This document shows, one piece after another, positions 11,688 to 23,172 of a stretch of 64,000 nt of DNA. This DNA comes from an uncultured Planctomycetota bacterium (lineage in GTDB: Bacteria; Planctomycetota; Planctomycetia; Isosphaerales; Isosphaeraceae). The notes under the pieces are model-generated. The model worked only from the letters and a program-made list of their open reading frames with translations. It ran no database searches and had not been told where the DNA came from. The number at the start of each line of letters is the position of its first letter. Position 1 is the stretch's first letter. The DNA is taken from NCBI GenBank assembly GCA_963845755.1, contig CAWJTV010000011.1:1280001-1344000 (forward strand), given 5' to 3'. A program made the position numbers and the translations under genes.

Positions 11688-12668
11688 GATGCGTCTCCAA
11701 TCGTGTTCAGGAAGAAACTCCTGTCACCCTGCCGTCCGACATGGGCGATCAAGGCGTCCTCCAGGCTGATCGGCAGCTCGTCCACGGCCTCGGCCCCGAG
11801 GGATTCGAGATCGCGCCTGGTCCGTCCGTTGAGATTGGCCACGATGAGAGACAGCTCGTTCTCGGTCCGCGTCGCCCGCAGCAGGCCCGGGATGGCCGGT
11901 AGCTTCCGAGGCGGCTCGCCAGGGAACCGCACCACCAGCGAGCGCACGCGGTCGCGGAACGTGTCGAACGCTGGCGCAGGCCCGCAAGATGCTGTAGTCG
12001 AGAATCGCGACGTGGTCGGCGACCCGCTCCACATCATCCAGGAGGTGGGTCGAGAAGAAGATCGTGCGCTCGCGGCTGCGGGTGAAGTAGATCATGGCCT
12101 CGAGCAAGGACCTGCGGGCGGCGGGGTCCAGGCCGGTGGCCGGATCATCGAGCATCAGCACCTCCGGCTCGATCGCCAGCGTCATCGCCAGGTGGAGGCC
12201 GGCGCGCTGGCCGTGCGAGAGGTGGCCGGCCCTGGTGCTCGGGTTGATCGCGAAGTAGTCGATCACGGCGGCGAAGATTTCTTGCTTCCAGTGATGGTAG
12301 AAGCTGCGTTGAAATCGCCCGTACTGGCCGACCCGCATCCAGGCGTAGACGGGATGTCCCTCGGCCATGTAACCGATCCGGGCGCGGGTTTCGGGACGGA
12401 GCGTGGCGCTGTCGCAGCCGAGGATGATCGACGAGCCGCGTGTCGGCTCCAGGAGGCCCAGGAGCATGCGGATGGTCGTCGTCTTGCCGGCTCCGTTGCG
12501 GCCGATGAATGCGAAGACGCTGCCCCGCGGCACCCGGAAGGAGACGCTGTCGACCGCGCATTTTCGCCCGAAGTAGCGCGTCAGCCCCCGCGCCTCGATC
12601 ACCGAGTCACACGGATCGGGTGGGCTGGTGTGGTCACAAAGAGCTGTTGCGATCATGTTTTGCTCCAA
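11684..12668 (-). CDS. ABC transporter ATP-binding protein, YtrB-like (frameshift near 11970)
   Basis: GRNGAGKTT, LSHGQ, LMLDDP, STH; C-terminal ISLEDALI in a second frame. Confidence 0.88.
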
Positions 12669-13068
12669 TCGGTTTGGTTTCCCAATCCAGCTCGGTCAGC
12701 TTCTCGTCCACGACCTTGCGGATTTCCTCGGCGCTGAAGTCGAGGAAAACCGCTTCATGGATGAAGTCGTTAACGGCGAGCCGCAACCGCCGCAGACGTT
12801 CGGCCTTGCTGTAGATCTGCCGCTTCTCCGCCACGAAAAAGCCCATGCCCTGTTGCGATTCCAGCACCCCGTCGCGCACCAGCTCCGCGTAGGCCTTGAC
12901 CACGGTGTTGGCGTTGACAACCAACCGCTCGGCCAAACTCCGCACACTGGGCATTGCCTGACCGGGGATCAGGGCGCCCGTGGCCACGCCCAGGCGCACC
13001 TGATCGATGATCTGGCGGTAGATCGGCGTGCCGGTTCCGGTCGTAACGTTGATGTGGAAGGCGGACAT
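12634..13068 (-). CDS. GntR-family (YtrA subfamily) transcriptional regulator
   Basis: PIYRQIIDQV..PSVRSLAERLVVNANTVVKAYAEL..QGMGFFV, short C-terminus, located upstream of an ABC ATPase. Confidence 0.93.
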   Translation of the reverse strand: MSAFHINVTTGTGTPIYRQIIDQVRLGVATGALIPGQAMPSVRSLAERLVVNANTVVKAYAELVRDGVLESQQGMGFFVAEKRQIYSKAERLRRLRLAVNDFIHEAVFLDFSAEEIRKVVDEKLTELDWETKPIGAKHDRNSSL

Positions 13069-13077
13069 CGTTCACCA

Positions 13078-13128
13078 CCTGTACTAGTTGTAGTAGTACA
13101 GGATAAGGTTCTCTCTTACAGTTGTCAA
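13078..13128 (-). promoter_or_regulatory. Sigma70-type promoter overlapping a YtrA-type operator
   Basis: IR CCTGTACTA-N7-TAGTACAGG at 13078-13102 (TGTA-N13-TACA). Minus-strand TTGACA at 13128-13123, 17-bp spacer, TATCCT at 13105-13100. Confidence 0.8.
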
Positions 13129-13669
13129 GCCTTTGGACGGAAATTATTTCCCGGAGCCGCTCGCGATGGCGTCTGATGGGCGTTGATCACCATTTCCAGG
13201 GTAATCCCCGGCCCGATGGGATCGCGGGGCATGATCTCCGCTGATTGCCAAAAGCCCACGCCAAACCACGTTCTTAGAGTCCGCGATGCGTCCTGAACGA
13301 CTGCGCCTTTCGGAGCGGAACACGCAGTCCGATCGGGCCGCCTCGCCTCCCGCGCGTCAGTCCGTCCCCCTTGCTCCCACCGTGGCCCGGTGCGCATTTT
13401 CACGCAGAAAGCGCACTGCTGAACTGGCGAACCGAGTTCCTTCTCTGTTGAGGCCTTCGCCCTGGCCTACGAACCGCGAGCCGCGTTGCGCGCGTTGGTC
13501 CGACGGCACCGAAGTCGATTGATCCGAGTCGTTATGCTGGCGAGAGTCCGTTCAAGACGTGTCCCCATGCCGGGCAAGAAACAGCTTTCCCTTCGGATGG
13601 CATGGATTCCTCCCCAGACGGCCTCCGATCGAGCGCACATTCGCGGGCGGGCGGGGCCCTATTCCCCTG

Positions 13670-14215
13670 ACGCGGCCTTCGGCCGCAACCCCATCGGGAT
13701 TCCCGATTCGCGATTCCGGATTCCCGAAGGGGAAGGATCCGGGAATCCGGAATCTCGAATCCGGAATTCGGAATCCCCAGAGGTGCGCAGGGCGCAGGGA
13801 GCCTACGGAGGACGACGCGAACGCGGCCTTGGAACGCTGACGAAACAACCTCCCGATTTCCCCTCGTTCCCATGCTCCGCGTGGGAATGCCGTCCGGGAC
13901 GCTCCGCGTCCCACGGGCGGGGCCGAAGGCCGCGACGCAGAGCGTCGAAGAAGGCATTCCCACGCAGAGCGTGGGAACGAGTTAGGGCTGGTCCGATTCC
14001 GGGAAGTTGTTTCGTCAGCGTTCCTTCGGCCGCAAAGCAATCGGGATTCCCGATTCGCGATTCCGGATTCCCGAAGGGGAAGGATCCGGGAATCGCGAAT
14101 CCGGAATTCGGAATCCCCAGAGGTGCGCAGGGGAAGGATCCGGGAATCGGGAATCGCGAATCCGGAATTCGGAATCCCCAGAGGCGCAGGGCGCAGGGAG
14201 CCTACGGAGGACGAC
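13670..14215 (+). repeat. Two tandem copies of the ~150-bp asymmetric heptamer element (13670-13816; 13821-14215 with MITE-A inserted)
   Basis: Left end ACGCGGCCTTCGGCCGCAA, GATTCCG/CGGAATC heptamer core, right end CCTACGGAGGACGAC. Confidence 0.85.
13831..14024. mobile_element. MITE-A copy 2 (194 bp) carrying a REP-like palindrome
   Basis: Perfect 19-bp TIR; TT duplicated at the hairpin loop (CCTT|..|TTCGG); cargo CTCGTTCCCATGCTCCGCGTGGGAA..TTCCCACGCAGAGCGTGGGAACGAG. Confidence 0.9.
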
Positions 14216-14216
14216 T

Positions 14217-16679
14217 TTAAATGTTGTCCCCTTCGGTGGAGGTCGTGCCCGAGCCCGCCCGACTCTTCAGCCCCCACCTCCAACCGCTGATCGCCGGCAT
14301 GTCATCGCCGAACCGGCCGATGTACTCTCTATGCTCGATGAGCCTGTCGTGGATCGCCTGCTTGAAGTAGGCGGCCCGGGCGCCCAACTGCGGTAGCCGA
14401 TCGATCACGTCCTCCACCAGGTGAAACCGGTCGAGGTCGTTGAGGACCACGATGTCGAACGGCGTCGTCGTCGTGCCCTCTTCCTTGTAGCCGCGAACGT
14501 GCAGGTTCTTGTGGTTCGTGCGCCGGTATGTCAGGCGGTGGACCAGCCACGGGTAGCCGTGGAAGGCGAAGATGATCGGTTTGTCTTTCGTGAACAGGGC
14601 GTCGAAGTCCGCGTCCGCCAGGCCGTGCGGGTGCTCGCGGCACGGCTGCAGAGTCATCAGGTCCACGACATTGATCACGCGAACCTTCAGCTCCGGCAGG
14701 TGTGCGCGCAGGAGCTCGACCGCCGCCAGCGTCTCGAGGGTCGGCACATCGCCGCAGCAGGCCATGACCACGTCCGGCTCACTCCCCTTGTCGTTGCTGG
14801 CCCACTCCCAGATGCCGAGGCCTTGCGTGCAGTGCTTGACGGCCTGGTCGATCGTCAGCCACTGCGGCGCGGGCTGCTTGCCCGCGACGACGACGTTGAC
14901 GTAGTTGCGGCTCCGGAGACAGTGGTCGGTCACGGACAGGAGGCAGTTGGCGTCGGGCGGCAGGTAGACGCGGATCACCCCGGCCTTCTTGTTGACGACG
15001 TGGTCGATGAAGCCGGGGTCCTGATGGCTGAAGCCGTTGTGGTCCTGGCGCCAAACGTGCGAGCTGAGCAGATAGTTGAACGAGGCGATCGGCCGCCGCC
15101 AGGGGATGTGGTTGCACACCTTCAGCCACTTGGCGTGCTGGTTGAACATCGAGTCGATGATGTGGATGAACGCCTCGTAACAGGAGAAGAATCCGTGCCG
15201 GCCGGTCAGGAGGTATCCCTCCAGCCAGCCCTGGCACTGGTGCTCGCTGAGCACCTCCATCACCCGGCCGTCCGGGCTGAGCTTGTCGTCCTCCGGGTAG
15301 ATCTCGGCCATGTAGCAGCGGTTGGTCACCTCCAGCACATCCTGCCAGCGGTTCGAGTTGTTCTCGTCCGGGCTGAACAGGCGGAAGTTCTGGCTCTCCA
15401 AATTCTGCTTCATGACGTCCCGCAGGAACGTACCCATCGCCCGGGTCGACTCGGCCATGGTCGCGCCGGGGCTGGGAACGTCGACCGCATAGTCGCGGAA
15501 GTCCGGCAACTTGAGGTCGCGCAGCAGCAGGCCGCCGTTGGCGTGCGGATTGTCGCTCATCCGGCGATGTCCCTTCGGGGCCAGCTCGGCCAGCTCGGGG
15601 AGCAGCCGGCCCTGGGCGTCGAACAGCTCCTCGGGCCGGTAGCTCTTCATCCACCCCTCGAGGATGCGGATGTGCTCGGGCTTGTCCATGTCGCCCATCG
15701 GCACCTGGTGGCTCCGCCAGTAGTCCTCGCACTTCTTGCCGTCGATCTCCGGGGGGCAGGTCCAGCCCTTCGGGGTGCGGAAGACGATCATCGGCCAGGC
15801 CGGCCGCTTCACGACGCCCCTGGTGCGGGCGTCGTCCCAGATCCGCCGGATCTCCGCGACGACGGCGTCGAGGACACTGGCGAGCTGCTGGTGGACCGCA
15901 CCCGGGTCGCGCCCTTCGACGAAGTAAGGTTTGTAGCCCATGCCCTCGAAGAACTTCTGCAACTCGTCCTTCGGGATGCGGGCGAGGAAGCAGGGGTTGG
16001 CGATCTTGTACCCGTTCAGGTGGAGGATGGGGAGCACGCAACCGTCTCGTGCCGGGTTGAGGAACTTATTGCCATGCCAGCCGGTGGCGAGCGGGCCGGT
16101 CTCCGCCTCGCCGTCACCGACCACGCAGGCGACGATCAGGTCCGGATTGTCGAATGCCGCCCCGTAGGCATGGCTCAGGGCGTACCCGAGCTCGCCCCCC
16201 TCGTGGATGCTGCCCGGAGTCTCGGGGGCGACGTGGCTGGGGATGCCCCCCGGGAAGCTGAACTGCTTGAACAGCCTCCTCATCCCCTCCGCATCCTGGC
16301 TGATCTCCGGATAGACCTCGCTGTAGGTGCCTTCGAGGTAGGCGTGGGCGACCAGGGACGGCCCGCCGTGGCCCGGGCCGATGACGTAGATCATGTTCAG
16401 GTCATCTCGCTTGATGACCCGGTTGAGGTGGACGTAGAGCATGTTCAGGCCCGGCGACGTGCCCCAGTGGCCGAGCAACCGCGGCTTGATGTGCTCCCGC
16501 CCCAGCGTTTCCTCCAGGAGCGGGTTGTCCAGGAGGTAGATCTGGCCGACCGACAGGTAATTGGAGGCCCGCCAGTAGGCGTCCATCGTGCGCAGTTCGC
16601 CGGCGGAAAGAGGCCCTGCCGCCGCGTCCTTGGTACCGTCACCGCTTTTCGGTTTCACTTCGCTGCTTGCGGGTGCCAT
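14217..16679 (-). CDS. xfp: Phosphoketolase
   Basis: [62 protein letters not shown]. Confidence 0.97.
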   Translation of the reverse strand: MAPASSEVKPKSGDGTKDAAAGPLSAGELRTMDAYWRASNYLSVGQIYLLDNPLLEETLGREHIKPRLLGHWGTSPGLNMLYVHLNRVIKRDDLNMIYVIGPGHGGPSLVAHAYLEGTYSEVYPEISQDAEGMRRLFKQFSFPGGIPSHVAPETPGSIHEGGELGYALSHAYGAAFDNPDLIVACVVGDGEAETGPLATGWHGNKFLNPARDGCVLPILHLNGYKIANPCFLARIPKDELQKFFEGMGYKPYFVEGRDPGAVHQQLASVLDAVVAEIRRIWDDARTRGVVKRPAWPMIVFRTPKGWTCPPEIDGKKCEDYWRSHQVPMGDMDKPEHIRILEGWMKSYRPEELFDAQGRLLPELAELAPKGHRRMSDNPHANGGLLLRDLKLPDFRDYAVDVPSPGATMAESTRAMGTFLRDVMKQNLESQNFRLFSPDENNSNRWQDVLEVTNRCYMAEIYPEDDKLSPDGRVMEVLSEHQCQGWLEGYLLTGRHGFFSCYEAFIHIIDSMFNQHAKWLKVCNHIPWRRPIASFNYLLSSHVWRQDHNGFSHQDPGFIDHVVNKKAGVIRVYLPPDANCLLSVTDHCLRSRNYVNVVVAGKQPAPQWLTIDQAVKHCTQGLGIWEWASNDKGSEPDVVMACCGDVPTLETLAAVELLRAHLPELKVRVINVVDLMTLQPCREHPHGLADADFDALFTKDKPIIFAFHGYPWLVHRLTYRRTNHKNLHVRGYKEEGTTTTPFDIVVLNDLDRFHLVEDVIDRLPQLGARAAYFKQAIHDRLIEHREYIGRFGDDMPAISGWRWGLKSRAGSGTTSTEGDNI

Positions 16680-16690
16680 GAACCATTCCT

Positions 16691-17512
16691 TCAGTAGGTC
16701 TCGGGAATGAACTTGAACGGGTAGTTCGGTTCCTTGTAGTCTCCGGCCTTCTGTCGTTTGGGCAGACGGACCGCCTCGCGCGGGGCGTCGTGATAAGGGA
16801 TCTGGCTCAGGAGATGGCTGATGATGTTCAGTCTCGTGCGTTTCTTGTCGTCGGACCGCACCACGAACCACGGTGCCCAGGAGGTGTCAGTCGCCGCGAA
16901 CATCTCGTCCCGCGCCCGAGAATAGTCGTACCAGCGGCTGTAGGACTCCAGATCCATCGGCGATAGCTTCCAGATCTTCCGGCCGTCGTGAATCCGCGCT
17001 TCCAGTCGCCGGGTCTGCTCTTCCTCGCTCACTTCCAGCCAGTACTTCAGCAAGATGACTCCGGACTCGACGATCGCCTTCTCCACGGGCGGCGTGGCCT
17101 GAAGAAAGTGGCGCGCCTGCTCGTCGGAGCAGAACCCCATGACCCGCTCGACACCGGCGCGGTTGTACCAGCTACGGTCGAAGATCACGATCTCGCCTGC
17201 CGCCGGGAGATGGGGTAGATACCGCTGGATATACATCTGCGTCTTCTCGCGATCGGTCGGTGCCGGCAACGCAAGGACCCGGAAGACCCGCGGGCTGACG
17301 CGTTCGGTGATGGCCTTGATGACACCTCCCTTGCCGGCACCGTCCCGCCCCTCGAATACGATGCAGACTTTCAGGCCCTTGTGCTTCGCCCACTCCTGGA
17401 GCTTGACCAACTCCACGTGCAGCTTCTCGAGTTCGCCCGAGTAATCCTTGCCTTTGAGCTTCTCATGCGCAGCGGGCGCGTTCTCCGCCGTTTTCTTGTC
17501 GCGACGGCTCAC
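16691..17512 (-). CDS. ppk2: Polyphosphate kinase 2
   Basis: [38 protein letters not shown] start after GAAAGGA RBS. Confidence 0.96.
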   Translation of the reverse strand: MSRRDKKTAENAPAAHEKLKGKDYSGELEKLHVELVKLQEWAKHKGLKVCIVFEGRDGAGKGGVIKAITERVSPRVFRVLALPAPTDREKTQMYIQRYLPHLPAAGEIVIFDRSWYNRAGVERVMGFCSDEQARHFLQATPPVEKAIVESGVILLKYWLEVSEEEQTRRLEARIHDGRKIWKLSPMDLESYSRWYDYSRARDEMFAATDTSWAPWFVVRSDDKKRTRLNIISHLLSQIPYHDAPREAVRLPKRQKAGDYKEPNYPFKFIPETY

Positions 17513-18038
17513 GTCAATTCCTTTCAATGACAAGTTCTTGCTGGAGCGCGATGAGGGGCACGCCGATCGGACTGGAGGATGTGTCGCCCGGAATGGCAAG
17601 CGAAATCCTCGGCGGCAGCTCCGGGGCTCGATGATGAAGGGTGATCGGGGCTGCCTGATTCCTCGCTCGGGAGCGACCAACGACGTCCGAAAGCTATCAT
17701 ATCGTCTCCCCTCGGGAAAGGACCTCCGCCCCCGATTTTCCCGCCCTCGCCGACTTCCACGCCGGGGACGGCCAACTCCTCCTCCTGATGCTCGACCTGA
17801 TCCAGGTGACTCGCGGCGGCGTCTCCACGACGGGACCTCTCGAAACTCGCCGGTCAAGTCGATGGAATCCAGGGCGGCGCATCACATGAGCCTCACCGAA
17901 ATACAGACGCCAATAAATGCAATCGTGCGAGATGCACTCGCGAAACAGGTACCGGGATATGGCGGCCTCGACCCAATTCCGGCTAGAGTTGTGTTCGATC
18001 GAAGTAATCGAGTCCATGGTTCGTTGGGAGCTGCCGCG

Positions 18039-19215
18039 ATGAAGGGGAAAACGTTCTGGGTCCTCTTGCTGGCCTTCCTGGCCGGGGGCGGGGTTCTCGC
18101 CTGGCAGGCGTGGCAGGCGCGGTTGACGGCGCTTCCGCCGGGGATCGCTTCGGGGAACGGGCGGGTCGAATCGGTCCAGGTGGACGTGACGACCAAGGAG
18201 CCGGGCCGCGTCGCGACGATCCTCGTTCACGAGGGGGATATGGTCCGGCCCGGCCAGATCGTCGCCAAGATGGACACCGTCACGCTCGAGGCGACGCTGG
18301 CGCGAGCCGAGGCGACCGTCGCCGAGCAGGAGGCCAAGTTGTTCGAGATCGATGCCGCGATCGCCAAGGCCGATAGCCAGTTGAAGCTGGACGAGCTCGA
18401 TTTCGCGCGCACCCGCGCGCTCTTCGCGCGCAAGGCGGTCCCCCGTGAAGAGTTCGACGTCAAGGAGACCGTGGTGAAGACCTCGGGCGCCACGTTGAAG
18501 GGTGAGAAGGCCCGGCTCAACACGGCCAGGAAGAGCGTCGACGCAGCCAAGGCCGAGGTGGCGCATACCCAGTCGCGGATCAACGACATGACGCTCCGCT
18601 CCACCGTTCCGGGGCGCGTACTCTATCGACTGGCCGAGGAAGGCGAGGTGCTGGGCACCGGCGGCAAGGTCCTCACGCTCGTCAACCTCGGCGATGTGTA
18701 CATGGAGATTTACCTGCCGGCCCAGGACGCGGTGAGGGTCAAGATCGGCGCCGACGCTCGCATCGTCTTCGACGTCACCCCCGAATACGCGGCACGGGCG
18801 AAGGTCAGTTTCGTGGCCCCGGAAGCCCAGTTCACGCCCAAGCAAGTTGAGACCCGCAGCGAGCGCGACAAGCTGATGTTCCGCGTGAAGCTGACCGTGC
18901 CGCCCGAACGCGTCCTGGCCTACATCGAGCGAGTGAAGACCGGTATCCGCGGCATCGGCTACGTCCGACTCGACGACTCCGTCGAGTGGCCGGAGCACCT
19001 CAACCGGCCATTCCCGGGGCCCGGCCCAACTTCAGCGGGGACGACCTCATCGCAGCCGGCTGCCTCGGGGCCCTCGGCCGTTCCGTCGAAGCGCACCTGC
19101 AAGCCGCCGACCGAGAAGGCGACCACGCCCGGCGCCCGTCGAAGCGCACCCGACGCCGCCGACCGAGAAGGCGACCACGCCGCCGGCTGCCGACGGATCG
19201 TCCCCCAAGTCGTAA
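18039..19215 (+). CDS. HlyD/YhiI-like periplasmic adaptor (3' end uncertain)
   Basis: N-terminal TM, SGNGRVE, AQFTPKQVET..RDKLMFRVK; low-complexity tail with a 53-bp tandem repeat at 19083-19186. Confidence 0.88.
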
Positions 19216-19227
19216 ATCGAGAATGCG

Positions 19228-22046
19228 ATGGCTATCTCCAGCGCTTCTGCCGACCCCGTCCGAGTCGACGAGCCTGTGGCGTTGGCCCGCGCCATCTCGC
19301 ACGTCTACGGGACGACGCGCGCACTCGACGGCCTCGACATCGCGATCCCGGCCGGCTGCATGGTCGGCCTGATCGGGCCCGACGGCGTGGGTAAGTCGAC
19401 CTTGATGGGCCTGATCGCCGGGTCGAAGCGGATCCAGACGGGCGAGGTTCGGGTTCTCGGCGGCGACATGAACGACACCGATCACCGCGAGGCCGTTTGC
19501 CCGCGGATTGCCTTCATGCCCCAGGGGCTGGGCAAGAATCTGTACTTCGAGCTGAGCGTTTTCGAGAACATCGACTTCTTCGCGCGGCTGTTCGGCGTGC
19601 CCGACGCCGAGCGAGAGCCTCGCATCAAGGGCCTGCTGAACGCCACCGGCCTGGGCCCGTTCCCCGACCGGCCCGCGGGCAAGCTCTCCGGCGGCATGAA
19701 GCAGAAGGTCGGCCTCTGCGGCGCACTGATCCACGACCCCGACCTGCTCATCCTCGACGAGCCGACCACCGGCGTCGACCCGCTCTCGCGCCAGCAGTTC
19801 TGGAACCTCATCGACCACATCCGCGAACAGCGGCCCGGCATGAGCGTCCTCGTTTCGACGGCTTACATGGACGAGGCCCAGCGCTTCGACTGGACGATCG
19901 CCATGGATGCCGGCCGGGTCATCGCCACCGGCACGCCCGCCCAGTTGATGGAACGCACCGGCACGAGCAACCTGGAAGAGGCGTTCGTCGCGCTGCTTCC
20001 CGGCGCCGAGGAGGGGGGCGCCGCGCCTGGTGATCCCCCCGCGCGTGGACCCCGGCGGCGAGCCGGCCATCCAGGCCACGGATCTCACCAAGCGATTCGG
20101 CAGCTTCACCGCCGTCAATCGCGTGAATTTCACCATCGGCCGCGGCGAGATCTTCGGCTTCCTCGGCTCCAACGGCTGCGGCAAGTCCACGACGATGAAG
20201 ATGCTCACCGGCCTGCTACCCGTGACCGAGGGCGAGGCCAAGCTGTTCGGCGAGCTCGTGGACGCCGACGATCTGGCGACTCGCAAGCGCGTGGGCTACA
20301 TGTCGCAGGCATTCTCGCTCTATGGCGAGCTTTCGGTGCGGCAGAACCTCGACCTCCACGCCAAGATCTTCGACTTGCCCCGAGACCGGGCCAACGCCCG
20401 GATCGTTGAGCTGGTCGACCGCTTCGGCCTGCGCTCGCATCTGGAAACGCCTTCCGGCGACCTGCCCCTGGGGCTGAAGCAACGGCTTTCCCTGGCGGTC
20501 GCGGTGTTACACGAGCCCGACATGCTCCTGCTGGACGAGCCGACCTCCGGTGTGGATCCGGTCGCCCGCGACGAGTTCTGGGAGTTGCTCGATCGACCTC
20601 TCGCGCCGCCAGGGAGTGACGATCTTCGTCTCCACCCACTTTATGAACGAGGCCCTCCGCTGCGACCGCATCTCGCTGATGCACGCGGGCACCGTGCTGG
20701 CCTGCGACACTCCGGCCCGGCTGATGGCCGAGCGCGACACCGACGACCTGGAAACCGCGTTCATCGGTTTTATTGCCGAAGCCGAGGCATCCCGACAAAA
20801 GCTTGCCGGCACCCCGCCCCCCGCGACCGAAGAGAAGGTGGACGACAAGGAAGCCAGGCCCGCGATGGCGATTCCGATCGCTTCCCCCGCGGGGGCCCCG
20901 GCGCACCCGACGAGGTCCGGCTTGAGCCTGGGGCGAATGCTCGCCTACAGCCGCCGAGAGGCCCAGGAGATCGAGCGCGACCCGGTGCGCCTGCTCTTTG
21001 CGTTCCTCGGCTCGGCCCTGATGATGCTCGCCTTCGGCTTCGGCATCACCACCGACGTCGAGAACATCCGCTTCGCTTTCCTGGATCTCGATCAGTCGCC
21101 CGAGAGTCGGGCCTATCTTTCGGCTTTCGAGGGCTCGCGCTACTTCATCCTCCATCCGCCGGCCCAGACTCCGGACGAGCTGCAACTGCGGCTCAAATCC
21201 CACGAGATCGAAGTGGCCCTCGAGGTGCAGCCCAACTTCGGCCGGAACGTTCGGAAAGGAAACGTGGGCGAGATCACAGCCTGGGTGGACGGCGCTCCCA
21301 CAAACCGCGCCGAGAGCGTACGCCAGAATATCGTAGGCGTGCACAACAACTTCCTGAATGAGCGGGTGCGGAACAGCCCGATCCACTTCCCCGGCCAGCC
21401 CCCGGTCGAGGTGCAGACCCGCTTCGCCTATAACCCTGCGTTCGAGAGCATTTACGCCATCGTGCCCAGCGTGCCGGCCATCTTGCTGATCCTGATCCCG
21501 GCGATCCTCATGACCGTGAGCATCGTCCGCGAGAAGGAACTGGGCTCGATCATCAACTTCTATGTCACGCCCACCCGGCGGCTCGAGTTCCTCATGGGCA
21601 AGCAACTGCCCTACATCGTCATCGGCATGATCAATTACGCAGTGCTCCTGCTCATGGCGGTTGTCGTTTTCGGGGTCCCGCTCAAGGGCAGCGGATGGAT
21701 GCTTACGCTCTGCACGCTGCTGTACGTCACGGCGACCACGGCCCTGGGGATGCTGGTCTCCACGTTCACCTCCAGCCAGGTGGCCGCCGTCTTCATCACG
21801 GCGATCCTTACCATCCTGCCGACCACGCAGTTCTCGGGTCTGCTCCAGCCGGTCTCGACCCTGGACGGCGGCGCCCGGGTCTTCGGCACCCTGTGGCCGA
21901 CCTCGTATTACATTCACGCCAGCGTCGGCGCCTTCACCAAGGGCCTGGGGGCCGACGGCCTCTTGATGGACGCCCTCGCCCTGGCCGCCTTCATCCCCAT
22001 CCTCATCGGCCTGGGCGTTGCGGGCCTGCCACGCCAGGAGACCTAG
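19228..22046 (+). CDS. rbbA: Dual-ATPase/permease ABC protein RbbA/YhiH (frameshifts near 20030 and 20590)
   Basis: GPDGVGKST and GSNGCGKST, two LDEPT motifs, permease segment [10 protein letters not shown]. Confidence 0.9.
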
Positions 22047-22047
22047 C

Positions 22048-23172
22048 GTGAAGCGTCTCTCCAACATCTTCTGGCTCGGCCTGAAAGAGTTACGCAGCCT
22101 GGCGAGCGACCCCGTGCTCGTCGGGTTCATCCTCTACGCCTTCTCGCTGTCGATCCTCACGCAGGCCCGCGGCGTCAAGTCCGAGGTGAACAACGCCAGC
22201 CTCGCCTTCATCGACGAGGACGAGTCGCAGCTCTCCAAGGAGTTGATCGCCGCGTTCTACCCGCCGCAATTCCAACACCCCGATCTCATCGCGCCCGGCG
22301 ACGCCACCGGCGACATGGATCGCGGACGTTATATGTTCATCGTCACCATTCCGACCCGCTTCGAGTCCGACCTCCGCCGCGGCCGGCCCACCGAGGTGCA
22401 GGTGACCGTGGACGCCACCGCGATGCAACAGGCGAGCATCGGCGCCGGCCACATCAAGAACATCCTCACCGATCGCATCGCTTTGTTCATCCACCGCAAC
22501 GACGCGAAGACGGAGTTGCCCCTGCGCGTCGTCGTCCGCAAGGAGTTCAATCCGAACGGCGAGGCGTCCTGGTTCAGCGCGATCGTCGCCCTCATCAACC
22601 AGATCACCACGCTCACCGTGGTCCTCACCGGGGCCGCGCTGATCCGGGAACGCGAGCACGGCACGATCGAGCACCTCCTCACCTTACCACTCACGCCTTT
22701 CGAGATCGCCATCTCCAAGGTCTGGGCGAACGGCCTGGTCATCCTGCTGGTCGTCGCCGCCTCGATGGTCCTGGTGGTCCGCACTCTCCTGGACGTGCCG
22801 ATCGCCGGATCGCTGCCGCTGTTCCTCGTCGGGGTCGTACTCTACCTGTTCTTCGCCACCGCGCTCGGGCTCTACCTGGGGACCATCGCCCGCTCCATGG
22901 CCCAGTTCGCGCTGCTGATCATCCTGGTCGTCATCGTGCTCCAACTGCTCTCGGGCGGCAGCACTCCGGTGGAGAGCCAGCCCCTCTGGATGCAGCGGCT
23001 CACGTTGCTCCTCCCCTCGCGTCACTTCGTCGCCTTCTCGCAGGCCATCATCTTCCGCGGCGCCGGGTTCGAGACCGTCTGGCCCCAGTTCCTGGCCGTC
23101 GCCGCCATCGGCCTCGCCTTCTTCGCCTTCAGCCTCCGACAATTCCGAGAGTCCATCGCCGTGACCAAGTAG
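22048..23172 (+). CDS. yhhJ: ABC-2 permease, YhhJ-like
   Basis: NIFWLGLKELRSL, GAALIREREHGTIEHLL, LLSGGSTPVES. Confidence 0.88.
   Translation: MKRLSNIFWLGLKELRSLASDPVLVGFILYAFSLSILTQARGVKSEVNNASLAFIDEDESQLSKELIAAFYPPQFQHPDLIAPGDATGDMDRGRYMFIVTIPTRFESDLRRGRPTEVQVTVDATAMQQASIGAGHIKNILTDRIALFIHRNDAKTELPLRVVVRKEFNPNGEASWFSAIVALINQITTLTVVLTGAALIREREHGTIEHLLTLPLTPFEIAISKVWANGLVILLVVAASMVLVVRTLLDVPIAGSLPLFLVGVVLYLFFATALGLYLGTIARSMAQFALLIILVVIVLQLLSGGSTPVESQPLWMQRLTLLLPSRHFVAFSQAIIFRGAGFETVWPQFLAVAAIGLAFFAFSLRQFRESIAVTK

Noticed and set aside
13670..14215. CRISPR array
   Set aside because: There is no constant repeat with unique spacers and no cas gene; these are heptamer and MITE repeats.
14421..16697. 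Long antisense ORFs (also 2818-4878, 20205-22130 and others)
   Set aside because: Shadow ORFs opposite real genes, expected in high-GC DNA.
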